NCBI RefSeq assembly: GCF_964204645.1
Contig: NC_134035.1
Span: forward strand, 8,340,451-8,404,450
Source: Tubulanus polymorphus
Lineage: Eukaryota; Animalia; Nemertea
DNA length: 64,000 nt
Direction: 5' to 3'
The position numbers were made by a program, and so were the translations under genes. The number at the start of each line of letters is the position of its first letter. Positions within the stretch are counted from its first letter, which is position 1. Of the stretch, positions 40,894-53,661 are shown in pieces. The notes beneath the pieces are model-generated. The model did no database searches, was not told the DNA's origin, and saw only the letters and a program-made list of their open reading frames with translations.

Positions 40894-43006
40894 TGTTGAG
40901 GAAAGTTTTGATAGTCCATTCGGCAAATCATCGAATTACGCAGATAGGCTAGACTCGTCAAGTTGAAATTAATTCATTTGAATAGAAAATCTCTTACAGC
41001 CTAGCAGTTAACCAAGACTCCGTAAATATGGTTATTAGAAATAACGAATGTAGCGTCACTGACTGCGACGTGTGTTATTTACAAGTACGATGTCTTAAAA
41101 ATCCAGGTAAGTACATTTCAAACTCGACGCTAAAACAGTTAAACGTTGTCGGTTAAGTTTCACTTGAAAGTTAAGAGCTGCAAGTCATTCGTGTTTCAGC
41201 TTTTATTACATGGCGTTATGCCCAAACGCGCATGATGCAAGGACACACGGAAACACGGAAACATGTTTCCGAGCGTTTTTCTGTGTCAAACATGGTTCCG
41301 GCAACGACGTTTCCGAGATCAAGCGTGTTTGATTCCACGTTTCCGTGTTTCCGTGTTTCTCTGTGTCGTGCTGTGATTTGACTCTGAAACTAGATTGTGG
41401 TCAAGTCAATAACGACTATATGAATTTTCCTTTGAGTCTAGTTTTGAATTAATGAATTTATATATCGGATGAAAGTCGAGATTTTAATCGAAATCGTAAA
41501 ATGTAAAATGTATCGCATTCATAGACTTCCAGATAACCATATTTTTTGAAGCGCTGATGACGACGATAAAAAGAGGTAAGATCAATGTTTTAATCTATCA
41601 CAATTGATATCCAAAAAGTGAATGCAGTTGAAAGTCTACGGTTTGTATCAACGAGGTAAATTTGTGGAGCAGTATAGGGCCAGTTCAACTAGTGATGTTA
41701 GTGTTGAGTCTGAACCTTCGAACTTTTCCATCTGCCCGGAACGACGCAGTGGTCATTTCCCTGCGAAGGGCAGCTATCGACCTTCAATCTTCGCAAGAAC
41801 TAGAATTAAAATCTTCTTCGGTTAGTAAGATTCATGAAGCTGAGGCCTGCATGAACGCGTGCTCTACCTATACATGCATGTCAAATACAACGTATCGCTG
41901 GTTGTATTTCGCGTTCTTCCGAGTACCGTATTTAGCAGGTCGCAAGGGGGAAGTTTGCTCCCTAGATGTTCTGGAAAAGTGCCCTTTTTGTAAATATAAT
42001 TGTTATAACCTCTAGAAATGCCCTTTTCGGGTTTCTCTGCACCCCTAAAATTCAGGTACGGGCCTGACTCCAGTAAGGTAGCACATTTCTTCTCGGTAAT
42101 GTTTAGATAGTATTTCTGATCGTAAAACATATAAGTGGTTATCAAGTTACTTCTGAATACCTTTGAAAACTGTCGAGAATTTCGTCGTTTGACTATTTGA
42201 CGATGACGATGGGGACTTCGCGTGATCTCCACAGATAAACATGCCGCCTAGAAACGGGAAACTTATTGTAATAAATGGCGAAATAACATCTTATAATTAA
42301 ACAAACCAGCTTTACGGATGTGATATAGATTACGCTTAAAGTTTGAATTATATCTACGCGTTGAAATCTGCTAATGGTGTCACGTATGGTGTAGGTATAT
42401 CTAATGTCATATGGACGAAGATTATCAGTGGTGGATATGTAGCCGGTGAATGAGATAACGTCGTTTCGGTGTGTCAGGTGTCGAAATTCACATCGATTTA
42501 CATTGAATCCACTATAGGAAATAATAGCGTATCCCACCCAGTTGATACCGGAAATCTTCGCAATTTAGAAAGCACGAAATTCCAGGCGATTTCATTTTGT
42601 CGTCGAGTTGGAACAATTGGAACTAATTGCGTTTATGTATGTAATTTACTTCACCCTGGGCCCAGTTTCACGAAAAAGTTTAACTCAGATGTTTGGTTTA
42701 ATTGCTATTGGTTACTTCATGTTTTCTACGAGGAAAACTTCAAACTTAACTGCTTTAAGCTTAAACTTTCCAATGAAACTGAACCCAGGTGTTTATTGGA
42801 TGTCTGAGTAATCTGTAGTTAGACGTCCATCCTGTATGATTGAATGGATACGATATAAATTAATTGTAATTGCGAATTACGAAATACTTGGATATACGTT
42901 GAAACAGACGCGGCATCTCATCGTCATATGCGTATCGAGAATCGATCGGTGAACACGGCGGCGTCTCTGCGATATCGAATCTAAAGCGGCGTCGCAAAAG
43001 ATTCGA

Positions 43007-44026
43007 ATGTTCTCCGAAAACGAATTCGTCGTCGAAGTAGTCATTATTGCCGTACTTCTAGCCGAAGGAACTGCTATCGTGATCGGCAACGGTTTGACGA
43101 TCCACTGCGTGCGGAGCGTGCGCAGTTTACAAAAAATGATGTACTTTCTAGTGGCCAACTTAGCGGCTAGCGATTTACTCGTCGGTATTTCGTTGATCGT
43201 TTACGGCGTCTATCGTATATTTCAAACGGCGTCGGCGCCGCGCGAGTGCGTTTTAGTGTCGAGAATTCTGTGCAAAGGGTGGTTCGTCACCAAAGTCGTG
43301 TCGGTATCGTCATCGGTTCAAACGTTGGTCATCATCGCCTTCGATCAATACTTTTCGATTCGTCTGCCGTTTCGTTACCAGAGAATCAGCGTAAAGAAAT
43401 ACTACCGCGCGTTCTGCGTCGCGGTGCCGTGGATAACAGCGTCTGCTACGATGGTGCCGCTGGTCGTCTTCAATCTACTGGTCGGTCAAAAAACCTTCGA
43501 CCCGCGGACGCAGTTTTGCGTCTTTTTCTCCGTATTGAAGGACGAATATCTGATCGTGTGCGCGTCGGCTATTTGCGGCATCTGCTCGCTGTTATTCGCA
43601 TTTCATTCATGCATTTACCAAATCGCTAAAAAACATATTTTTCGCCTAGAGCTACTCGGAGGCTATACGACGACGGCGACCTCCCGTAAATACCGGTACG
43701 TATCGTCAATCTCAAAATCGAAAAAGTCGATCATGACGATAATCATCGTTTTGGGGGCGTTCTCCCTTTGCTGGACGCCGAATCTGATCATATCTATTCT
43801 GAAATTGCGCTACGGGAAACTGTCTCAAATCTATAGCGATATGGCTATAATTCTTATACCGCTGAATTCGATATTCAACCCGTTAATCTACGCTTGGAGG
43901 TTCAAGGAGTTTCGAAACGCCTACAAGACGATGTACTCGCGCAAATGTCGTTGTCGCCGGGCGTCACCACTGGCGTCGCCACGGAGGTCGCCATGGATGT
44001 TGGACAAATCGAGACGGTATCGTTGA
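43007..44026 (+). CDS. Class A (rhodopsin-like) orphan GPCR, 339 aa, single coding exon
   Basis: Seven TM segments with GN (TM1), LAASD (TM2), DQY at the DRY position, CWTP (TM6) and NPLIY (TM7), plus helix 8 FKEFR and a Cys/Ser-rich tail. Confidence 0.93.
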   Translation: MFSENEFVVEVVIIAVLLAEGTAIVIGNGLTIHCVRSVRSLQKMMYFLVANLAASDLLVGISLIVYGVYRIFQTASAPRECVLVSRILCKGWFVTKVVSVSSSVQTLVIIAFDQYFSIRLPFRYQRISVKKYYRAFCVAVPWITASATMVPLVVFNLLVGQKTFDPRTQFCVFFSVLKDEYLIVCASAICGICSLLFAFHSCIYQIAKKHIFRLELLGGYTTTATSRKYRYVSSISKSKKSIMTIIIVLGAFSLCWTPNLIISILKLRYGKLSQIYSDMAIILIPLNSIFNPLIYAWRFKEFRNAYKTMYSRKCRCRRASPLASPRRSPWMLDKSRRYR

Positions 44027-44469
44027 TATAGAGTTCAATCGGGTGTCAACCTATCCGAAGAAGCCTGGATATTGAACAGTGCGTCTATTAATGCACGTCC
44101 CAAAATCAGGCCTTTGTTAAGATTCAAAATCTTCCAGGATGGTTTGAGAAAATCATCGTTTGATAATTCAACAACAACATCGATGGCCACTCGGGATTTT
44201 TTGAAAAGATAATATATGTACGAAACCACTTTCTATAAAATACCAGAAAGAAACTGTTCTGAAGAAATGTTCTTTTGCAAGATGACATGTAACAGCTCAT
44301 CGGTCGGGTGCAAAATCGATAGATTTAAGGAGAGACATTGGACCTATAGGATATAGTTACTAGTTATCTGTTAATTTGTTTCGTTGGCAAGAGATGGAAT
44401 CGCTTTTCTATTGTTTGAGTGGCATCTGCGAAAAAAAATCTCTGTCGATCTTTCAGACATACTTATGAA

Positions 44470-44690
44470 GGAGCGGCGTGGCCGAGTGGTTAGTGTTCGG
44501 CTCTGGGAAGCCAGGTCATGGGTTCGAACCCCGTACATAACCGTTGTCCCCGGGCGAGAAACTACCCTCAGGTAGAAGTGACTGATACATGTTAGGGTAT
44601 TTAATGGCTGGGGAAATAATACCGAACATGGTAAAGCGCTCTTAACAGCTTCGCTGGATTTAGCGATTTAAAAGACGTAAGATTATTATC
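44470..44690 (+). mobile_element. tRNA-derived SINE with LINE-like 3' tail
   Basis: A box TGGCCGAGTGG (44479-44489) and B box GGTTCGAACCC (44521-44531), with no complete cloverleaf. The 3' end reads AAAGCGCTCT...GCTGGATTTAGCG...ATTATTAT. Confidence 0.75.
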
Positions 44691-45705
44691 ATATCCACCC
44701 ACACTTCGGTTTTGTCGGCGATCCTTTTCACAGGCGACTTGAAGGTAGGTGAACGCAAGGTTTTAAATGAAAATACGCGTCGTCGACCGACGAATACTGA
44801 GAATCGCACAATATATATTTGATCGAGGTGACAACCCCATATTCTGTACCGACAATGACCGATGATGACTTCTGAGAAACCGTGCGAGGATCGAGTGTAC
44901 TTCTCGAGGGCATAAGCTTAGTGTAAATAAAAACCGCATTAACTACATTAATGCGGCGTAGCCTCTAAGAGCACGTAATCCGTATCCAGGCGTCACAACT
45001 ATATCGGTAGAATAACCCGTACACTCCTCGTACGTGGAGAACATATATTAAGTTTAAAACCCACTTTAAACAGAATTTAAAAGATTAAAAACGAATTTTG
45101 TTTATCGTGAATTTTAAAATGAAAATACAACCGAACTCTCACTAGAGTTCATCGTCGGATCACGAAGGTCTCCAGTTCGATACGAATTCTTAATAAATAT
45201 AGTCTTTGATCTTTTATAGATTCTGTATGTAGCTGGTTACGATCAGAGTGCTGATCATAGAGACTTCGGACACGGCATTCTACGTTTTGAATTTATTTCA
45301 ATAATATCGTGCGAAGAGCGGATCGAAATAAACCATTATTTTTTTTTTCAACAAATAACAATTACGAATCTGAATATCATAACAACGGACGGGACCTATA
45401 GTTTTTTTTTCATGCGTTCAGGGAAGATATATACACGATACGCACGCGCGCCAAACAACATCGTTAGGATCTTTGAAATTATACACGATACCAGTCGGAC
45501 TGCGCGATTCCTTAGTTGCGGTTAGAATCGACTCTGTGGTCAAATCGATGATCACCTCGATTAGCGTTTGATCCCGCGTAGGAACTTACGGAAGTGAATA
45601 CTTCAACCGCAACTGCGGAATCGAGTCCGGCTGACCGAACGAGTTAAACGTTTTATTTGTATCATGCAAACAACGATTGATAGAACACTATATCCGTGTT
45701 GACGC

Positions 45706-45913
45706 GATGTAGAGAGAATCCCACTATGATAAGAAAAAGTCCGAAAATGTAACTTCGAGATAGTAGTTTATTTCAACGTTTCGACTATATCCTATCCTTT
45801 ATCATTCCTGAAGATGGCTATTAGGATATAGTCGAAACGTTGAAATAAACTACTATCTCGAAGTTACATTTTCGGACTTTTTCTTAATCATTGTGGGATT
45901 CTCTCTATACATC
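45706..45913. mobile_element. Penelope-like pLTR palindrome (~200 bp) with hammerhead motif
   Basis: Near-perfect inverted arms. The plus strand at 45805-45844 reads TTC-CTGAAGA-T-GGCTAT/ATAGTC-GAAAC-GTT-GAA. Confidence 0.7.
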
Positions 45914-46052
45914 ATGCAAAGAAAATTTTAGGCCAAAACACGCGCTCCCTCATTTGACACAGCAGTATTCTCGGCATACGATCCATCCATGTTCCCGAAC
46001 TACTCTTTTCAGGTTTCTTGTATGGCGTCGTTTGCTGCCTTCGTTCTGTAAC

Positions 46053-49000
46053 TCATTCGATGTACACGTCGTTCAGATCGCCGTTAAAAACGTCGTCGGG
46101 ATCGGCTGCGGTGCTGGAGTCAGCGGCGTCGTCGGGTCGTATATCGCGCGTCGGCGGCATCGAAAACGGATTCCTTTTCGCGGACGGTTTTCTTACCAGT
46201 CGGAAAACTGAAAAAGAGTTCAAAAATACGTTCTCAATAATGCTAGTTCTCACGGAAATGCTGAACGCGGGGCGTCTGTCATTAATTGTTAATTACTAAT
46301 CGGTTGACTATATCGATTCCCCGTATCACAGCAGCATTATCTCAGCATTAACTATTCCTCGGTGTAAAGTGTATTGTCCTAAATGACTATTGAGACTGGT
46401 TTTAATTAGTTGTAATGCCAGAACAAATTAGTACTAATTGGTTCGACGTGGAAACGTGGGTTTCGCCCAACGAGAATTATAAAACCTAAATCGAACTTCT
46501 CATAATGGAAATATATCATATTCTTATTCAAGTTGATATTTTTTGACTTGATACTCTATACAAGTAATCGTTGAAATGATGGCGCACTACAGTAGTAGTT
46601 CCAAGATGACCGCCGACACTTTCAAATGCGTTAATACCGAACTATAGTGCATTGGATTAATTAGCTCCGACTAATTACGAAATCCGAAGTCCACCTAATT
46701 TACCGCCGTTTGACATAAATTGTAATCAGTGCTCGAAATGACGTCATCAGTCGTTATTAAAAGCAGTTCATTGTCCGCATCGTACTAATTTCACAGTACA
46801 CGTGGTACTGTACTGGGATTACGATATGTTTCCATAATCATTGTTTAAGCGGATTGTAACTGTCGTAACAATGTGAACCCGATTAGGGGTCCTCAGTGGG
46901 TTTCAATCAATATTCATTGGAGCAATGGCACCAGCGCAACGATAAAGAAGAATTGCTGTAAGGAAATATTTGGGTGGCAAGGTTTAGATAAACTTTCAAG
47001 TCTTTTCGTCTCTAACCCCATTTTAGTTAAAGTTTTCGTTTGTATCGTATTTAAGCGTAACTTCACAAAGAGAATGAATATATTGTCAATATAATCTGAT
47101 TCATTAACGACATGCATCGAGGACTCTTCCGCAGAATAAATGTCAGATATAAACGCAAGTATTTCTGTATTTTTTTCCGCGAGATATTGCCTAAAAATAC
47201 TAGAAAAATTGCCACCAGCATAACTTGTATATTTCGAATTGCATGATTTCGTCGAAACATTTGACCTGGTTTGTCGTTAAATAGGTGTTTGGAAGCTAAA
47301 CATCGATGCGTATTATGCCCTGATCTGGATTTAATGAACAACGACAACGTATTCAAAAGGATTAACGGGTGCGGTTGAAGACGACCTCGCTTAATAATAG
47401 CTTTCTATCAAAAACGAAATGTCTAATTCAAACATCGCCAATACGTGAGAAATTTGACAACGGCATAAGAACGTATACCACACCCCTGTTTCATGGACAC
47501 CACAGTTATTGTCATTTCGAGAGAATCCCAGACTTCACCACCTGTCTGTCATCACCATTCAGCGCACCCGTTATTCACGATTCAATGGTTATTCTTAAGT
47601 ATCCACAATATACACACCCTTCCATTTCTGATACCTAAGATGACTGGATATTTCGACATAACCTCTATTCGTCCTTTCCGCCGTAAATTTTATTCGAGCC
47701 ATTTCGAAAGAAAATGATTTTGTCAGAAATTCTTAAATCTACAACAGCAAGAATTACAAGCACAAATTCGTTGATTGTCAGAAATTCTTATTTCTATAAC
47801 CAGCAAGAATTAACGAGCAGCGATTCTTCGACGATTCATGCCGTCTAGAAATTGTACTCGACGGAAATGTAAGGTTACGATATCATGAAACTCGCAGAGG
47901 AGGCAGACCCACTGTCGAGGGTAGCACAACTTACACAAAGGGCATAATCCACTACAAACAAAGCGGTCTTTTTGAAAATTCACTGCTTTTTGGTGCTATT
48001 TCTATGCAAGTATAAAGAAGTCATGATGTGAAGTTCTTTTTTTTAAGAAAATTTACTGCATTAAGATGTAGTTTCAAGGCAACGATGATGAAATCCTGAA
48101 GAAGGCAGTTCAATATTATCCGCCTCGTCATGTAAAAATGTGCCCTTTTCTACTTTTTTGGACTAATAGGGACGACTAAATTTAAAAATGAAAAATGGCA
48201 CAGAATTTTTGCGACGGTAGCTCATGCCTACGACCCTCTGAATCCGCACCTCGCTCGATTACAAAGTAATAGAAAACATGACACTGATTTTCACCTCCCA
48301 TCCCATGTTGATAAGCAAAACATGTTGATTGCATAAAAAGTTTATTCTAGCAGTTTTTTTATTTCTCTGATGAGGAGGTTTTGTTCAAAACCTTGAAATT
48401 GTTAGAATAAACTTTTATATCATCAAAATTGAAGGTTTCGCTATTAAACTTCGAGAATATATTAGTCTTCCAGTGCTCCTATCCCATGTCGGCAGTTTAA
48501 AGCATTATGGAGGAATGTATGTTTGAACTAATTTCCAATGACCGCTACCTCATATACAAGCAGTCAATATCAGGATGTTTCCCCAAATACACATCCAAAT
48601 GGTCTTCGAAAATGATCCAACACTTACTTTTCTTCAAATGTAATTTAGAAATGGAGGTACCTAGATTGTAACGCTATAGTCTATCCTAACTTATCGCTAC
48701 TGAACTCATTTTTAGTTTTCTCAATTTATTTCAACTCGCTTAAAGCGGTTTTTCGTTCCCTCTAAGATCCTTTTTGTCCTTTTCTACATTTCATAGTGTT
48801 GATTGAAATACATTTTGGTAACTTTCTCAACTATTATATTTTGATGTGACTGTCTATTCGTATTGCACTTTTTAGCAAAAAATTTCTTTACTAATTTAAT
48901 TGACATTGACTTTCGATGAGTAACCACCGATTCAAGATATTACCCATCCTAGATATCGATAACCCATTTTATACTTTGAAAAATGCGTCCGTTGGATTCT

Positions 49001-49413
49001 TATCGTTTGATATATAAAATATAACCTCACGGGAAATTAGTAAAACTGCACACTAGTCATTTCTTACCTTTTTTGCGTTTAATAGGTGTGCATATTCCCT
49101 TGCCTAGAAGCAGGTCTTTTAGAGGACGTGACGAGCCGACTTCGGGCCTGCACCGTAAAGCCGTTCCGCATCTTGCCGTCCTGATACCGCAACTTTCACC
49201 GGCCAATCGCGCGCACGTCAGACAGCACGAACATATACCCGGTTCGCGGACCAACTCCTGGCAGTCGATCGGGAACGGACATTTTGCCGCGTCGCACGGT
49301 TTACATTGGAATTTCTGTCGGAGGTGCCAGCTGTGCTTCAAGTTGTAGCAAAAAGCTTTGTCGACGATGGCCAGTAATACAGGCAAAATCGTCGCGATTA
49401 TCGTAGCTTTCAT
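46053..49413 (-). CDS. Secreted single insulin-like growth factor binding (IB) domain protein, 166 aa
   Basis: Exon 49413-49068 encodes a signal peptide (MKATIIATILPVLLAIVDKAFC) and a 12-Cys IB domain with GICSCCLTC, CGIRTARC and RPLKDLLLGKGIC; its donor G|GTAAGA is phase 1. Exon 46207-46053 (acceptor tttttcag) continues in phase to TGA. Confidence 0.85.
48361..48408 (+). ncRNA. Minimal hammerhead-like motif in the intron of the IB-domain gene
   Basis: TTCT-CTGATGA-G-GAGGTTTTG/CAAAACCTT-GAAA-TTGTT-AGAA. Confidence 0.5.
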
Positions 49414-49920
49414 TTTCGATAGATTGCCCCTATAAAGTTCGAACGAATGACGTACGATTGCGTTGTTGAAGAGTGTGTCACGCCGAGTAGTAGTTGGTGA
49501 CAACCGCCAATGAGGATCGAGAAGCTAAATGCAGACTCGCTCCGACCGACGACGGTAAGATAAAGAAAGATGGGTGTGCAGTCGCGTTCTTAAATAACTA
49601 AAACAAAACCGTGTCGCGCCTCCACTTATCGACGGGTGTGTGTCGCCCGTGACGTGGAAAAGTTACGAGTTGCGGGATTGGTTTTCGTCTGCAAAATGTA
49701 TTCGAATTAGATAAAGTAACCGTAACGCGAAGTGCTGCGAAACATAGGATTCGTATTACATTGAATTTAAAGTTCGTTTTCCTGAAACTGGGATTGCCGA
49801 TGACTCCTGTTTTTATAACGCAAGTTTATCGCCGAACATATCAAGTTACATCAATCCATGTTACGAATGATTTCAGATTTATTTCGAATATAATATGTAC
49901 CGTTCATTGACCTCACCCCG

Positions 49921-50084
49921 TATTCATCTACATTCATCAACGTTCATCTACATTCATCTACGTTCATCTACATTCATCTACGTTCATCTACATTCATCTA
50001 CATTCATCAACGTTCATCTACATTCATCTACGTTCATCTACATTCATCTACATTCATCTACCTTCATCTACATTCATCTACGTT
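49921..50084. repeat. 10-bp minisatellite (CATTCATCTA/CGTTCATCTA), ~16 units
   Basis: Seen directly in the sequence. Confidence 0.95.
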
Positions 50085-53000
50085 CTTTCGTTCGTTTAGA
50101 ACTTTTAGCATTTCTGGTAGTTTGACGACGGCAATATGTCAATCCAAGTATTTTCAGAAAGTGTCATATATACGTAGATGTATATATGTATTTTTTCAAG
50201 GTGCCGACAAACTTTCATGTTAGTTGGATTTCGATCGTGCTCTGAGGAGGAGGTTTATAAAAAGAAATTCTCAATGATTACGACCACGTTTGGCATTGAA
50301 TTTGCGACAAATAAGCCTTTATCATACATGATATCATCTCGGTTATCATAAATATTGTAGGAGGGAGTAGCTACAGTGACGTGATGCAATTTGCTCAGTT
50401 TAGGGAATATCGCTTGAATACATCAGCGCTATATATAACACCAGATAAGTTGAAACAAGAAACGTAAGTTAAAAGTTGATTGACGCTTTGAAAAATAACA
50501 CATATATTACTTTATATTTTCGACAATTCATGGTATAATACTAATACAATACTAAGGATCAAAGTTTGGATTTGAGCATATCACTACTTTAGATGAATCG
50601 ACCGGCAACCAGTCCAGCCCCGATATATAGATGACCCACTTAATTATATGAAAATCCACCATGAATTGTATGCTGTATCGTTCGCAAGAAATTTGAGATA
50701 GCTGCCCTGACGGCCATATTCGATGGCCAATAACCTGCATTTTCAATAGGGTTGGACACCTCAACTTCTTTATCCTAACTAAGTGAAAGAAAATATCCAT
50801 CAAGAATTGCAGGCTGTATCTTAAAGGACGGCGGACGGTTGACACTGAGTGAAATAAGAAGTCTCCGCGGGGAGACTTGGTAAACATACACGGAGTATCT
50901 CGTATCACAGTACTACACATTAGTACGGAGATATTATGACCAGTATCTCTGGTCATTCTATCCAACGAAAGCTGCTAGCCAACTGTTGGGGTTTCGTTTC
51001 AAAATATTTGTGCCGATATCAGTTCTAAAATGTTACTAGCTTGAGAATTCTACGGCTGCGTTCCTGTTTGGAATATGGCTGATTTGAAGGTGTAATTTGT
51101 CAAAAATAAAAGCTCTTCTGGCCGAGTGTTGTTCTGAAAAATGATATAATGTTTCTGGTAATTCATTGGCGAACAAAGTTTTCTTCTCGTCGTGAGGTAT
51201 CGAGTGGAATGCCAGAGAAAACTTTTCCGATCTGTCGACTTCCAATGACACGACCTTGCGCAATAATCAGCGATGAACCGATTTATTCGATCTCCGTTTA
51301 AGGAATAGTTATCGAAAGACGATCGCCTATCGTGTTGGAGCCACCCGTCCCACGCACGTCGTCGACGCGTTAAATATGAAATTGTGTCGTCGCGACGTTT
51401 CGAATAGCTGTTAGACATAATAACACAGCACACACACGCACACGCGCACACACGCACACACACACCGAGAAAGATATTCATGATTCATTGTTTTAATTGG
51501 AAATACGAAAATGTATCGGATTAAGACATCCTCGTTAAAAACGACGAGAAAAGATAGATCTGATATTGCTATTTGCCCAAAGATTGGCATCAGTTTACAA
51601 TTGACTAGATACTAGTTACACGGTGGCGGGCCCAGAAATTTGAGCCGGGTCTGGTCCCGAGTTTATAATTTTTTTATATTTCAATGAAAAATATTTTAAC
51701 ACAGCAATTGCTGGCAGACGCTGAAACAGCAGTCGATAAAGTTTCGGATTTTGGTTTGGTTTCATCATGATTAAAGGGGCGAGGAGGGGTCGAGACACTT
51801 ATCTACAGGTTGAAATGAATCATTGACTGGCAAAAGATTTCCTTCTATTGGCATATTTCAGAAAATGAAACGAACGTATTTACAAGAATTTGCGTTTTCA
51901 TTAAATTATGATCTTTGAAGAAAACTTTCATTTAATGGTTTTTTTTTCAACCGGCGGTGATTACATTTTTGACTTTTTCAAGATTTGACTCAGAATTGAC
52001 TCATTGAAAACGAACTAATTTCAACTCAGAGTTAACGCAAACTCACGACTGTGGAACTGGATAGATGTATACTATTAGTTCAAAATGTATAAAATGTATA
52101 TTGGATTGCTTCGAAATCGTAGGAAAACGTTTGAATACTTCGAAGTGAAACAATTCGTTACTTTTCGAATTGAGAACGAGCATCAATTCAGGAAATGATC
52201 CGAATACCTATAGAATATACCTGTTCAGAACATTTACTGAAACGGAGCAAAGCGTTCCCTCTTTTATCGCAAAACAACGAATTGAATTTGATTTCGACCC
52301 AGATTTCGCAAGACTTTGTATTCGAACAAAATCGATTTCGTCGGTATCTGATTAGACCTTTGTTTTATGGCACAGATTTGTTACTTCCTGGTGACATTTG
52401 AGCAGGCACACACACGGAGCTAGTGAATGCTCGCCAATCCACCATCTAGATATCTTCCTTTAGTGGTAAGATTTTAGAAACATTTTAATTCATCAGTAAA
52501 TTGGTGGGGTAATGTATATACTTAGAGAGGTTTCTTTTCATTTATTGATGTGAATGCGTAGGCCGCGTTCACTAGGTTATATTGTATACATGTTCGCAGT
52601 TTGATTTATCGACATGTTCGATCTTGAAATCTGAATTATTGTCCGTCTTGTTGACTTCATTTGGTCTGTCTCTTACAAACTCACCACACCTGCCGGGAAC
52701 GAAATAGTGGGTTTCAAATCGACACTACTGACTGGCGAACGGTGAAACTTTGACAGCACCGTTTGCCTTTTCTCTAGAACTTAGGCGTATGTCATGCCAT
52801 GTACAACCAAAATACATCTGGATGTATGCATTTGTAAATATCAGAACCAAATGCGGGGTAATATGAGTGTCCCTCATGGAGATGCAATTAGCCAGCTATT
52901 TCTCACGAACCCTATACAATATCGTTAATATCTCATGTACGTCGTGTAAGTCTAGGTTCGATATTACGCGTGCGACGGGCTTAATGCGGACTTAAATTCA

Positions 53001-53661
53001 GCTTAATTCTAATCCTCAGCCAGCTATGACATTTTTACTGTAATGGCCTTGTGATAACGAGCAGCATAGACGAAGTGTGTAATGCAATATGTATGAAGCG
53101 ATTATTTGCGTCCTCCGCGGCGACTTTAATAGCAATACATACATCTGTAATTTAAGATGCACTTTCCAACGTTTCGTTTATATAAGCCCTTTCGATAGAA
53201 GGTCAAAAGTTTGGTTGATCTTTAAAAAAGATCTTCCATATTGAATGACTACCACTCGATACACCACTCCCACTCAGTGCTGCTAGCGGCGCCATTTTAA
53301 ATAAATCTTAGAAAATAGGGATTGTCCCTGTTATTTATTTGTGAATTGATTTGATTTGTTTTGATTTGATATTCCTTACAAACCCACTACATCTGCTGGG
53401 AGCGAAACAGGGGTTTGATTTTGAAATCGGAAATCGAAGTTAAGAAATAGTTACGTGATTGGTAGTCGAATTCGCAGAATATTTTTTGTTTAAATCAATA
53501 CATAATTGGAAATTACGGTTCCAGTTAATGTAAGCAATTTTCCAACCAGTCTGCACCGACAAGCGACTGGGTAGGGTTTATCTTAGGTTACCCATGTCTC
53601 CCAAGTCCCGAGGGGTAAAAAGAAATCAGAATTCAGTTCAAAAATCATTTCAGGATGCGAT

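Noticed and set aside
44470-44545. tRNA gene
   Set aside because: A and B boxes are present, but there is no acceptor/anticodon cloverleaf, and the sequence continues into a LINE-like tail, so it is a SINE.
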